DNA from: Haplodiscus bocki
Taxonomy: Eukaryota
Direction of reading: 5' to 3'
DNA: 64,000 bases
NCBI GenBank assembly: GCA_965655095.1
Contig: OZ296648.1
Span: 100,440,001 to 100,504,000, forward strand
Part shown: positions 36,186 to 48,480 of the stretch, in pieces
Layout: each line of letters starts with the position of its first letter
Numbering within the stretch: position 1 is the stretch's first letter
The notes under the pieces: model-generated
Told to the model about the DNA's origin: nothing
Database searches by the model: none
What the model saw: only the letters and a program-made list of their open reading frames with translations
Position numbers and translations under genes: made by a program

Positions 36186-36966
36186 AACGACAGCTGGTTC
36201 CCGTATCCGCGGACACTCTATATCTTCGGCAAAGGATTACAAAAACAATTACGGCATATGTAATAAAAAGGTGAACAAAGGATTTGCATGTGACAAGTGC
36301 AACGTCTGGTTCCATGGTCCCTGTGTCAACCCAACATCAGACCAAATATCAGTCCTGGAATAACTCAAGCCCACCTGTTGATACTGTGACCCTTGTTACG
36401 AAACACGAGCGGAATCCTTCGAGCTCAAGGTAAAAATCTGTTCCATACAGGAATCTCTCAACGATCTTAAAAACACAATTCATAAAAGCAGTGATCCCAA
36501 AATTGACATTCAAAAGTAAAGTTTGTGTCGAACCGATAATCATCGATACCAAGTAAAAATAGTGGGTGTACCTGAAATCAACCTGAGATTTTCAAATGAT
36601 CGGAAACTTCGCGAAAAAGAAATTATAGAAGATATTGCTACTGAACTAAACCTTCAAAACGTACAAGGCTCTGACTGCCACCGTAATGGTAAGTTCAATG
36701 ATACGAAATGCCGGCCTATCATTGCCACTTTTTCATCCATTTGGGACGCTAGAGGAATGGTCAGCAAAAGCATTGAAAGAAAGCTATTTCAAGAAAAAGG
36801 TTTTCTAGTCCTAGCCCAGCTCTCACCAAGCGACCAAGAAATTGAGAGGCGCCTTCTTGCCAAGAGATCTTCCCTTATCAATGATGGAACCGATAAATCA
36901 CGTATCGAGAATCGTAACCTCAAACTCTACATTGATGGCAAAGAAAATGCGCATAACGACAATTGA
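36186..36966 (+). pseudogene. LINE ORF1 (PHD finger plus RRM-like region), disrupted
   Basis: 'YGICNKKVNKGFACDKCNVWFHGPCV' (PHD, first Cys mutated) and 'VKIVGVPE..DCHRNGKF..KCRPIIATF..QLSPSDQEIERRLL..LKLYIDG'. Confidence 0.75.
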
Positions 36967-38840
36967 CTAGTACAACTGCTCAAAACCTATGTTTTACTAT
37001 ACAATGTGCGCAGCTTCTGTTCCTTTGAAAAACAAGTTAAACTTGCTAATCGACTAGCATTTCTTGATGCCGACTACCAAACAACGCTGTGAGAAATATC
37101 TCTCGGCCTTAAACTTGAGGAAAAAGAGCGGGATTGCTCGCGACGTCAATATTTCTATCGAACTTGACAACGCCGTTTTTGTGGACTCGTTCATGAAACG
37201 TAATAGTGGACTTAACGGCTGCTTCAAACTACAAAAAATACTCAAAACCTCGAACGTACCAAACGTCATGATCCAAAACGACGTGAAACTTCAGCGAATT
37301 GTTGACATCGCTGAAGCCTTCAACGCTTTCTTTGCCAGTGTCTTCAACAACAAAACGTCAGCTTTCAGTGACTTCATTGATATTGAGATTAATACTGTAC
37401 AAATTACACAAAGTGATCTTTTTGATGCGTTGTATTTGTCTACTCCTGGAAAGGGTCATGACGGAATCAGTGGTAACTTCCTGAAAACATGCTGGTCCGA
37501 ACTCAGCTTTCACGTGTACAAGCTATTTCAAAGTATTCTACATAGTGGTATCTACCCTGAAGAATGGAAAATCGCGAAAAACACCCCTGTATTCAAATCC
37601 GGTAAAAAGCAAGATGTAACATGTTATCGGCCCATTAGTCTACTTTCCAAACTCCCCGTCTCGTTTGAAAGGGTATCTTTTAGGAAATTGTACAAGTTCA
37701 TTGCCCCAAAATTGTCCACTCGGCAATTTGGTTTTCTAAAGGACCGAAGCACCATCACACAACTCGTTTTCTTTCTCACTGAGGCTTACTACCCGAACGA
37801 GAAAAACAATGAACTATATGCGTTCTATCTAGACTTTGCAAAGGCCTTCGACACAGTGCCCCACCATCTAATCCATACGAAACTCAGACACTTTGGAATT
37901 GGAGGTAACTTGCTCAAACTTATCCACAGCTACCTGATCGGACGAAAACAATCTGTTGAAGAAAATGGTACCAGCTCTACTTTCCGTGTCAATATCAGTG
38001 GCGTTCCGCAAGGCTCTATCTTGGGTCCCCAACTCTTCCTCGTTTTCGTAGATATTTCGCCTAACAGCTGCTCTGAGTCCCTCATATTCCTTTTTGCTGA
38101 TGACTGCACATCGATCAGCTCGGATCTCCCTGCCCTGGAGCGGGACTTCCACAGCTGTCTCCGTTGGGCACAGGAGACCCTTATGACTTTCATTTTACGC
38201 AAAACAATTTTTATCGCTTTTGGTAAGAGTTCTCCAGGACTATCGCTAAACATCGAAAATACTGCTATCCCTGCTTCCAATACTGTCAAAGACATGGGTC
38301 TTACTATCAGCTCTAACCTGTCCTGGTCAAGCCATATCGAACTCAAAGTTAAATCTGCGTATTCAATCTTCCACAACCTGAAGAGATCAATGCCGCCCAA
38401 CACCCACTGGCACACGAAGATCACTTTGTGTAAATCCTACATTCTTTCTACAGTTTTATACGCCTCTGAATTTTGGTGCCCAAGTAAGACAGATTTGACA
38501 CGTCTAGAACTTTTAAAATCTCGTGTGTTAAAATGGGCCTTCCCTTGATCCAACTACAAAGAACGCTAATCGAAAGCTAAAATGCTGCCCATATCGTTGG
38601 AAACACAGCTTCGATCGCCTATTCTCTTGAACAGACTACTAAACGGATTTTACAGCAATTTTCCTATTTCATCACATATCTCTTTCACGATCCCAAATTC
38701 TGGTTATCTGAAAAGCCTATGTTCCATCTGCAGAAAGTCAAAAGACACGAACGACCCACGATTTCTTTTACCGAGTGCCAAAACTTGTGAACTACTTCCA
38801 TGCAAACACGAATCTGGACATATTCAAAAACCCCGCTAGT
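36967..38840 (+). pseudogene. LINE ORF2 reverse transcriptase (494-aa open segment 37064-38548; most of the EN domain deleted)
   Basis: EN start 'VLLYNVRS'. RT motifs 'WKIAKNTPVFKSG', 'YRPISLL', 'QFGFLK', 'LDFAKAFDTV', 'SGVPQGSILGP', 'FADD' and 'VKDMG'. Confidence 0.92.
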
Positions 38841-40474
38841 TTCAATTATACTGCTGCGGCCGAGTTCAACAAATTATTTTTGTTGAATATCTGTAACCTC
38901 GATCAGCCGTACATGTAATTTTTAATTCCCCACTTACATTGCCTTCATAGCAATTCAAGTCTTTCTCTCTCTCTCTGTCAATCGGTTTTTTAGAATGTCA
39001 ACTAGATAATTAAGTTTTGATTTAACGAAAAATTTCGGGGTTCACAATAAAACGGCGTCAACGAAAGCCCTCAACTTTTGGTATATGCTCAAACGATGTC
39101 AGCCGCGCATCTCAAACTCAATTGAGTTACATTCTTTGAACTAAAGAAACTCACTACCCTCTCTAGACAATAAAGCCGAGAAATAGAGCTGAAAGTGTTC
39201 GAACTTGTTCATCCATGTCGCTACCTAGCGTGCTGACCCTTACACTACAGCTTTTATTCCAAGGACTCAGTCTAGGCTTAAATACAAACTTAGTGGTGGC
39301 TATACAAGTGTATGATCCTGCCTGTCTTGTTATTCGGTAGAACTTGTGGGTTTGCAAACGTGACGAACACTAAATTTTTTAGGAGTGTTCCTTGTCCGAA
39401 ATGGTTCAATTATATCGACTGCCATAGTTATGAACGGCTCATACATCGTCAATTTCTTCTGTTCAACTTCTAGGTCTTTCATTTCTCTGCAGTTACGTAA
39501 AAGGTTGAGTCAACTCGAAGTTGAAGTTGACCAATTTGGTGGGGGTTTCATCACGGCCAGTGAAGTTCAATGAAGAACCGCATTGGACTGTGGCAAGTGC
39601 AGATTAGCCCTCTGGGAGCAAAGCGTCTGCAACAACTTGCGCACTGGTGAAAAAACTACCATCAAGCATCGGTTCAAATATATTGGCCTCATAAAGCGGT
39701 TGTTACGATACCTGTCGTATTATTCTGACAACTGAAATGAAGTGCTCAACAGTACGTGAAAAATTTAGCAGCTTGCACGAGAAAAGTGGGGGTTCTGTCA
39801 CTGTGCCGTACGAAGACGTGGTCCTATCCCTACTAGCGCTAATCAATACTTATTTGCACTTTCAAGATTTCACTTTGATACTTCTGTAGAGGGTACTTTC
39901 CCACTGTGTCGAAATTTCATAGGGTCGAATTTAGAAGTGAGCTGTGATTGCCTGATCCAAATGAGAGTGCATTTATATTTGCGGCAGGAATACTTAATTT
40001 GATGCCACTAAGCTTGCAAACTGGCAACAAGTAGCATTTAAAAGAGAACTGAATAAAATCAACGCAATTTTGAAAAATAATTAGGCGAAAACGACAAGAT
40101 AAACACCGCAGCTTGGGAAATCACTCGGAAATCACTAATTCTGTAATTTAATCGAGATGCATCAGCTTACGTTGGGGGAGCGTGAATTTATTTCCAACGG
40201 TGTTGGAGCGTAATTGTATTTTCAACCTTGTTAATACGAACCTTGCAGAGAACTCAAACCTATCGTTTTCGGTATAGAACGCTATATATTTATCTTAACT
40301 TTTAAGGTATAGTTCATACAATTATTTTTTTGGTATACTGTACCTTGTTTTGATTTTTACATAGGATTTGGCAATACACTTTCAATTTAGGAATATCACA
40401 ATAATGGCTTTGTAACTTATTTGCTTTTCTTATAAGGTTTTTGAATTTTCTCGTAAGTTTTCAGATATTGAGCT

Positions 40475-40844
40475 ATGAGAGACCCGTCTTCACGACGGCT
40501 GATTCTGCCGTGGACAAATTATTTGGATATACAAAAAATTTGTGACAGTTTTCCCGCGCTTCTAGACGTTTCACCACTATCTTTGCTTTTTGTATGCGCG
40601 TTCGTGGCAATTGCAGTTTTTCTTTGCTCTTTCGGTTACCGTTTCCATCGTTTATCATCGTTTCTGGCAACGGGATTGTTGGGCACAGCATTTTTCTATC
40701 TTCTATGCTCTGCTGAAAGTGTTTTCGAGTTTTACATAGATGCTGCAATAGGTATAGGATGCGGACTACTATGTGCAATTATTGCCTCATTACACTCTAA
40801 ACTGGGATTTTTCATCAGTGGATTCTCTGTTGGAGCAATTGTTG
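40475..40844 (+). CDS. TMEM198: TMEM198-like protein, coding exon 1
   Basis: ATG at 40475 after a TTTCAG acceptor (40459-40464). 'FLCSFGYRFHRLSSFLATGLLG..AIGIGCGLLCAII..LGFFISGF' matches the TMEM198/TM7S3 (DUF4203) multi-TM pattern. Donor G|GTTAGT, phase 1. Confidence 0.85.
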
Positions 40845-40911
40845 GTTAGTATCTGACCACTTTCATTTTTTCAGCTGATGTAAATCAATTGCAACATCTT
40901 TTGCGTTTTAG

Positions 40912-41485
40912 GTGCTTATTGTGTAATCGCGATTTCGATATTAACTTCTTTCAACTCTGTGCTGTTCGGATTGTCGGTATGTTTCCTTCTGGGAATTTTC
41001 GTGGCCCTCCTTTCCATAAACTGGGAAAAAACGTTTTCGATTTCCAATACCAGTTTCGTATCTGGTTTTTTAATATTCCTTGCTGTCGACTATCTAGTCG
41101 AGCAGTTCGTCTTGGTGCATTACGGCTGGGTCATTTTGATTCAAGCAAAGACTCCAGCTATTTGCTCTTACAGTTGGGTAGCTGCTGCCGTTTGGCCGAT
41201 AGTTTCCATTATTGGAATCTTCTTCCAGTCTCTCCGAACAGGAAGATACTATGATCACAGGGAACCGAAGGACCCCGCAGATGAATCCGATGAGAACGAT
41301 ACACCAAGGAAAAGCATGAATAGCACTCTGAGAATTGGTAAAACTGCAACGCCCGAAGGGGTCGGCACTAAAACTACCAAAAGCACTTTACGACAAACCA
41401 GCACAACGCGCTACACTGGCGACATTGTTCCCAAGAATCTAACAGGGAATAACGCACTGCCTGCAACTATGCACACAGCAGCCAG
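40912..41485 (+). CDS. TMEM198: TMEM198-like protein, coding exon 2
   Basis: TTTTAG acceptor keeps the frame. 'ALLSINWEKTFSI..AVDYLVE..PAICSYSWVAAAVWPIVSIIGIFFQSLRTG..DH' parallels the TMEM198 C-terminal TM helices. Donor AG|GTTCGC, phase 2. Confidence 0.88.
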
Positions 41486-41749
41486 GTTCGCTTTTCAAGA
41501 TTTTCGTCTTCTTTACTTAAGAGGTTGCATTGCAACAGTAAGTTTTGAATTGGAAGAAGATAATTTTAACTTATCTGCTTTCAGCAACTTCGATTTTTGT
41601 AATGTAAATGAAGCATTATGTTCCTAACTATTCCAAAAATTTTGGTTTCAAAGTGAGTGACCCCCTAACTTGCAGTATTGCCTGGACAGCACATCCCATT
41701 GACTGAATCAGTTATGGTTTTTGTTTCTTCATGGAAGTTATTTCTTTAG

Positions 41750-41934
41750 AATGAGAGCCATGGCGGCTGCACAGAATGCGGGTGGTCTTGCAGCGGGACT
41801 GCCAATGGGAATGGACCTGGGTCCTGAATATCAGGTTATGGGCAGCACTGTTTACTATGGGGATACGTACTCAGAGTATGGAGTTGCTGCCAGACAAATG
41901 GGCGGGCCTCTCGCACAGACTGTGCCAGGTTTAG
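41750..41934 (+). CDS. TMEM198: TMEM198-like protein, coding exon 3
   Basis: TTTCTTTAG acceptor, phase-compatible (AG+A=Arg). GC-richer coding-like sequence MRAMAAAQ...PGLG. Donor G|GTATGT, phase 1. Confidence 0.75.
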
Positions 41935-43551
41935 GTATGTCACTTCATATTCTCGTCGGCCTTTTTCTTTGGGCGTAACGGCAAAACGCAACATCCGACA
42001 ACTCAGTTTGACAATATACCTGAAAATAAACCCCTGGGTTTCATACCTAAAGTTTTCTACTCCTATTTTAAGGAGGCTTCCAACTTGCACCGTAATGACG
42101 CCTGATTCTTTCATCCTTGAAGTATTGTCCTTACTTGATCGCGGGCTCTTCAATACGTTTTCCCCTCTAATGTGGCTGAAGGTCGTACGGTCTTCATTAT
42201 TATTCTCCGCCATACTTAATGTGGAAGCCGAAGGTGAGGATATTATAAGAAAGTTGTCGTGTCCGAATACTTCAGCGTTAGCTCTATTCTGTGCGCAAGC
42301 TGTGCTCTGAAGTAATTTTTGTGTTTTACCGTGTTACAAGTCCGGTTACTTTTTCAAGTTGATTATTTTTCTCAAAACTAAAGATGTCATCACTTGTTTG
42401 ACGAAGTTTTCTTGCGGCAGGTATTAGAGGTACGGCGCTGACTTTTTTTTCAGACAAAACATTACGGCAATCAGACACTTGTGCCTCAATTGTCATTGCT
42501 TGCCACCTCATTTCCACGTATGTGGAAGTTCGCCAGGTTCATTTCAACACTTTTACGTCCGCCATTAAGTTTTACCTTTTTTACGTAGGAAATAATTTGA
42601 ATAAGTGAACACTTTTTTTGCACATTTGCTCAGCTACAAGTAGGCTTAAATTGCTACTTTTGTTTTTTGCTTGGGTTTTGCAATTTTTGCCTTGCCTACC
42701 TCAATTTGTTGCACAAAAATCACTCAAATTAGTACAAAAGTACGATTTTTGAATAAATTGCAAATTTGTGCCACAAAAAATGGTTTAAAGTGTCAATAAT
42801 GAGTACTTCAACGATTTTTGCCTGCTTTTCACAATTTCTACCCAATTGTGCTTCATTTTGCCTACCAAAAACCTCTCCTAAATTTACCCAACTTACGACA
42901 ACCGTACAGTTTTCGTGAAGTCTTTTTTGGCCGAAAAAAGACAATTTCTGTGTTTTCCAATTTACGGAAAATCATTTTTTTCAGGATTTTTTCTTTTTCT
43001 TCTTCATAGTCCTTTCAGCAACGGAACAAGCATACTGTTATTCTAATTGTTGAATTTTGAAGCATTTTTGAAAATATCGCAGAAAAAATGGTGTTTATAA
43101 GCTGAAAGTAGCTAAATTCGCATTTATTCCTGAAATCTCGCACTTTTTTCAAAGCAATAATCTAGTTACTAGTCAATTTTAATGCGATACAGCAGCACAA
43201 ATTTACCAAAGTACAGATAGTTTTTTTAAAAAAATTTGACTATGGATGTTCTCCGTTTCTTTTGAAAGGCAAAACGCTGATTTTTTGATTTTTGCGGGAT
43301 TTCAATGTCTCGCGTTCTAAGTCTACGTATTAGCTAGAAATGCTATAACAGTAACTGCTCACGAAGCAATTCAGGTAAGCTTCACTGGAAATTGAAGTTT
43401 TTTCTGAGAAAAATTTGAATTTTAGTGCTTCCCATCCAGCAAAGTTGGCTTTGTTTTTCTACCAAAATTTTGCTCTTTTTGCCATCCAAATCAGTTTGAC
43501 AACTACGTATCCAAGTCAATTCCATAGACAAGAAATAAGTAAAACTTTAAT

Positions 43552-44867
43552 TATTTTTGGCAGCATATGTAGTATGCAAGAAAAATTATTCATTCAGTAG
43601 GGTCGGTTTTTTTTTCAGTCCAAAATTGCCAACTCTTCTTATTCAAAAATAAATGACAGCAGTAGGGTTAGGACAACAGCGTTCTCAAGCAGTAGGTTTG
43701 GGGTTCGAGTCTCTGTCGTTTCAAATATTTTTACAATTTATTCCCAACATTTTTTGATACCCGAAACTAATGAAACACTAAAGAATTCGCTAACGAGAAA
43801 ATCTTGATACTGCCCCCCTCTTATCCTTGAAATTTTTTGATACAAGAAATTTTGTGAAACAAAAGGGTTCCCCTACGAAGTTTTTCATCCATAAAACTTT
43901 TCGAAACCAGAAATTTTCTCAAACACAGTAGGATTCCCTTACGAATTTTTTTCGGCACTGTGAGACATAAAAATTTCGACTGAAAATCGTGATATGCCCC
44001 CTCTTATCCATAATTTTTTTTCGATACCAGAAATTTTCTGGAAAACAGAAGGGTTCCTTTACAAAGATTTTCGTTTCGGTCCTCTGAGACGAAAAATTTT
44101 GACAAAACCGTGATGCCCCCCCTCCTATGCATGAAAATTTTCGTTAAAAGAATTTTTCTGAAACACCGAAGTGCTCTCCAATGAAAAATTTTGGTACAGT
44201 GAGACGAAAACTTTTCGACGGAAAATCGTGATACCCCCCACCCCTCTCTCTTATCCATAAAATTTTTTCCCCACCAGAAGTTTTCTGAAACACAGAATGG
44301 TTCCTTGGCGAAATTTTTTCGGTCCTGTGAGATAAAAAAATTTTCGACAAAACCGTGAAGCTTCCCGCTCCTTTGCTTGAAAATTTTCGATACCAGAATT
44401 CTTTCGAAACACAGAAGTGTTCTCCTACGAATTTTATCGGCACTGTGAGACAAAAATTTTTCAACGGAGTTTAGTGATATCCCCTTCTTTTGCATAAAAT
44501 TTTGCGATACACGAAATTTTCTGAAACACCGAAGTGTTCCCCAACGAAATTTTTCGGTACTGTGTGACAAAAGTTTTCGACGGAGAAACGTGATACCCCC
44601 CTCTCTGATGCATAAAATTTTTCGATACCCGAAATTTTCTGATACACCGAAGTGTTCCCCAACGAAATTTTTTGGTACTGTATGACAAAAAATTTTGAAC
44701 GAAAAGTCGTGATAGAAAATATAGAAATCAGTGATGGAATTGATGTTTGTAGAAAACTTTCGTAAACTAGATTTTAAACAGTAGCCTCGTTTTTAACTGT
44801 GGGCAAATAGTGATGAAAATATTTGTATTCCTGCGAAAAATATGCCGGTGCTAGCCGGCCGTCTTGT
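43552..44867 (+). mobile_element. HINE element copy 3 (subfamily B) in TMEM198 intron 3, ~7 units plus a partial
   Basis: TATTTTTGGCAG start, tRNA-like segment at 43654-43723, tandem array, and end CTGCGAAAAATATGCCGGTGCTAGCCGGCCGTCTTGT. Confidence 0.82.
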
Positions 44868-45911
44868 TTAACTATTCTTACAATCTGTCCAACAAACCAA
44901 TGTTATCGTTTTTTGCTGTGTTCCCGCTCTTTTGCCTACCCAAACAATTTTTCGCTGAAATTTTAGCTTGAATCAATGCAACGAGATTTATTTTGAGTAT
45001 GTTTGCTGATATTTATTAGTTTTATCGAAAAACGGTGTATTCAGTGCGTTGAAGTGATTCAAAATTTGCTAACTTCGCGATTATTCCCGTTTTTTTGCAC
45101 TTTTAATATCTCAATCAATTTCCTGGCTACTAGTTCATTTTAAATTAATACCAAGACACATTTTTGCCTAATATAAAGGATTTCTCTAATTTCATCACAA
45201 TTGAGGTCACGTGTTTGCTTTGAAGTTGACCAAAAGATACTTTTTGCATTTCTTTAGGAATTTCTGTTTTCCTCTTGTAAATCCGCGTTTCTGCTGCAAC
45301 TTCATTGGAAGGTGATACAACTATATATCTGCTGTTTTTCTCGAATTTTTTGCTGATATTGGGAAGAAAGGTCTTTTAGAAACCGAATTATGTTCAAGCT
45401 TCAGTCCTACACGATTTAGATTTTCGAACCATAGGAGAGCCTCTTCATGAACCAGGGCGCCATGTTTTTCATTTGGTAGCTTCGAAATGCGGCCTTCAAA
45501 TATTGTGCTCCGATACTCGACCCGACTCTGAATCTGTTTTAGTACAAGTGTTACAGGAAGACTAATCTACAAAATACTAAGTTTGACTATTGAGCCATTT
45601 TTTGGTAGATTTTGGATATCGACTTTTTTGCTATTTTGAAAATACTTTTTCGAATCCAAGTCCAATGTCGGGACGCCTATGTAATGCTATGAGTTCAGTT
45701 TTGCAAAGGCCTAGACCTTACTCTAGAATCCATTTCATGTCATACCTATTGGTGGATGTAATTTGTATGTTTTAGATGATTTTTTGCGGCAGACATAAAA
45801 CTAACTTTTCAGATTTCTTCAAGTTTGAATCTATCGTTGCACTGAGGTCTCCAATTGTCACATTTTTTACATGTTTATTACGAGGAGACTTGCAAGTTAT
45901 AAAATGCTTAG

Positions 45912-46055
45912 TTTTGGTTTCGGTTCACTCTTGCTCAGCAGTTTTTTCGTGGAGGAAGCATGAAATTCGCTTTTTTGGTTAGTTAATTTTGGTTTCGGTC
46001 CACTCTTGTTCACCACTTTTTCGCGGAGGAAGCGGGAAATTCGCTTTTTTGGTTA
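45912..46055 (+). repeat. Local tandem duplication, ~70 bp x 2 (period 75)
   Basis: TTTTGGTTTCGGT.CACTCTTG.TCA.CA.TTTTTCG.GGAGGAAGC..GAAATTCGCTTTTTTGGTTA at 45912 and 45987. Confidence 0.85.
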
Positions 46056-47784
46056 TGAAGATACTTCTGGTAATTCGAGTTCGTTGTTCTAGCACATGGG
46101 GCTTCAAATCTCATCAGTTCCGCATTGGCTCAATCAGCAAATATACTTCAATGGCATGATTAGTTTTGGTTGAGATCCTAGTTTTTGATAGGTTTTTTTG
46201 TGAAAAATGGAAGAGTTGTTTTTAGCTTATCTCAACTTTCGAAGTCATCTTTTTCGATAAGTACAGGCTTGATGTCTTTCTTCAAGGGTTTCCATCGACA
46301 TTTTACTAGTAGAGGAACTTTAGAAATGAAAGTCATTGATTTATTTCGTTGCGTTGGAAATGCGGTCGAACGAAAATGCAAAAAGTGCTATTAGTTTTGG
46401 CATATCGATGTTCAAACTCTATTTTTCCTTGACTACATGCTTGGTTTCTTCCGTCAAGGTCTCAATGGAAAGCTTTTGACTCATAGAGGAGCGTTCAATT
46501 GTGAACATGTCGATTTCGTTTCGGAATCCTATTTGTCCGAAAACGCCTCTAAAGGCTTTTTTTTCTGATTTATGTCGTTTTTCAAACTTTTCAATAACTA
46601 TAAGCTAGATTTTTCTCATCAATGTCTCAATCGGGAGGTTTTGTTTGTAGAGGAATTTCTGATAGAAACGTCATATATTTTATTTGCGTCGGAGTTTTGA
46701 TACCTGGTGAGTACCTAAAAGTGCTAATATTTTCGACGTTTCGATATTCAAAGTGATGTTCTTCTATGTGTCCATAACTACTGTCATCATTTCTTACTTT
46801 AACGTCTGAATTCAAAGGTTTCTTTTCTGGCGGAACATTACATGAATGAATCATTGATTGTGCTCCATCCAGCGAAATTCTGTTGAAGTAGAATGACCAG
46901 AAACTGCTATTAGTCTTGAACTAACTCTTTTATCATACAGATTATTCTTCAGCTCTCTTTGCTTCATTTTTCCATGAAAGTGTCACTCGAAGGCTTTTTA
47001 TTCAATCGAAAGCCTTCTAATTGAAAAGGCAGTTTCATTTTTAAAATGAAATTGTTTCATACATAAGAATAGGAGACCTCATAGGACAAAAGTGCATTTC
47101 TCTATCTTCGGAGACATTATAGTCGAAGATTAAACCTTTCAATCTTTCATTTCTTCCATAAAATTTTTCTGTTGAAAATTCGTTTCTTTGTGGAGTTCAT
47201 TTGTATGTTTTCGATCAGTCATTTCAGTTCTGCGCCCCTTTGACGGAAAATATCGCTGAGTCAATTCGCTTTTTGTTATAAGATGGAGAGAAACTCGTCG
47301 AGTCTCCCTCCCCTTTGCACGGAAATGGATTGTCTTTCAATTACTGGCTTCAAAATTTTTTACCAGCAAATAGCAAACTTGCCATAGAATGCGAATGAAA
47401 TAGTTGCACTTTTTAAATACGTACTGAAGTAGGGTTTTTGAAAGTTCTCGAAAAACCCAATTTTTTTTCAAAATCAGTAGGAAAGGTTGGCAAATTTGCT
47501 GTGGAATACGTATAAAATGGTAACATTTCTAAAAGATATCTTTTGCGATTGTAATTCGGGTTTTTCAAAAATGGGAGGTCAATGAAGAATGCATGTTAGG
47601 TAATTCTTTTTGAAAATGTTCTAAAACAAGTTTTTAACAAAGCTGGAAAGCGGAAAATATCACGGTGGTTTTTGAATGTCTTGTTTTTTTCAAAAAAAAT
47701 GTTGAAAAAGCGAAAAATTCTGAGGTTCCGCATTTGTCGATATCTCAGCGGAAGGGTTCTGTATTTCCGTGTGTAATAATTTTG

Positions 47785-47806
47785 CGGCCGGTATTTTCAC
47801 CGGCCG
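47785..47806 (+). other. Perfect GC-rich hairpin, probable 3' end of another rolling-circle-type repeat (~47410-47810)
   Basis: CGGCCGGT-ATTTTC-ACCGGCCG (8-bp stem) followed by TTT, at the end of an AT-rich repeat-like block. Confidence 0.45.
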
Positions 47807-47836
47807 TTTCAGTGGTAGCTAGGGAAAGTGTTTCAG

Positions 47837-48480
47837 GAGGACCACAAAAAGTGAGACGAGGCCCTGGCAAACAAAGACAGAAATCGAATGCTAATGATTC
47901 CTTATACGAAGACGTAGATGACGAAGATCAGTATTGCGCGATAGACTATGACCAAATTCGCAATTACGAGTACGGTTACGCCCAGTACGGATCCCAATAT
48001 GGCGGACCCCAGTATGGTGGACCCCCCGGAGGGCAAGTGGATGCGCAACAACTTTTGATGATGCAACAGCAGCAGCAGCAACAAATTTACCGCCAACAAC
48101 AATCTCGCACAAACACTCTAGGAAGCACTCGAAGTGACGGTGGGGGCGCTGGAGTGTACCAACGGGTCCCCACCCAAGCTCCTGGCATGTCCGGTGGAGG
48201 GCCGGTTTATCAACCCATCAACTCGCAGGATTCCGACGTGGGCGCAAGCCGACACACTGTGGATGCAATGCAAATGGACAATATGAAAAGGAGCGGTAGT
48301 CCTGCACTTCTCAATGGAGGTGGAAAAATGAATGCAGCAGCGACTCCTCTGGGTCCCAAGTCAACTCCTCTTATGGCTCGAGGACCCACAAGAGCTCCTC
48401 CGCCTCCTCCTACTCAAACGGGACCTAGCAACGACGAAGACTATTTGAGTCCTGTGACGTCCAATACATCCAATGTATGA
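47837..48480 (+). CDS. TMEM198: TMEM198-like protein, terminal coding exon 4 (low-complexity cytoplasmic tail)
   Basis: TTTCAG acceptor is phase-1 compatible with exon 3. GC-rich open frame to TGA at 48478-48480. Spliced CDS is 370+574+185+644=1773 nt (590 aa). Linkage across the 5.9-kb intron is inferred. Confidence 0.72.

Larger units (their letters stand above)
36020..39052 (+). mobile_element. CR1/L2-group LINE with PHD-finger ORF1 and internally deleted endonuclease
   Basis: ORF1 and RT ORF present; 3' region with (CT)n and AATAAAA near 39046. Boundaries approximate. Confidence 0.85.

Noticed and set aside
39100-39900. Exon(s) of a divergent host gene upstream of TMEM198
   Set aside because: Slightly GC-richer, but there is no recognisable protein motif or consistent splice-bounded open frame.
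41486-41627. C-terminus of ORF 40959-41627 as the true protein end
   Set aside because: It reads through a plausible donor (AG|GTTCGC) into AT-rich sequence, and a phase-compatible exon follows at 41750.
44004-44688. ORFs of 60-190 aa overlapping the tandem arrays (also 1056-1388, 4868-5239, 54929-56805)
   Set aside because: They occur in several frames and on both strands, are F/K-rich translations of the repeat unit, and are not frame-conserved between copies.
47665-47806. N-terminal part of the 271-aa ORF as coding sequence
   Set aside because: It is AT-rich, repeat-like intronic sequence with a GTG start; coding-like composition begins only after the TTTCAG acceptors.
47900-47960. Canonical ITAM in the TMEM198 tail
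   Set aside because: Spacing between the Yxx(V/I) motifs is 5 or 10 residues, outside the usual 6-8, and the first motif ends in V rather than L/I.
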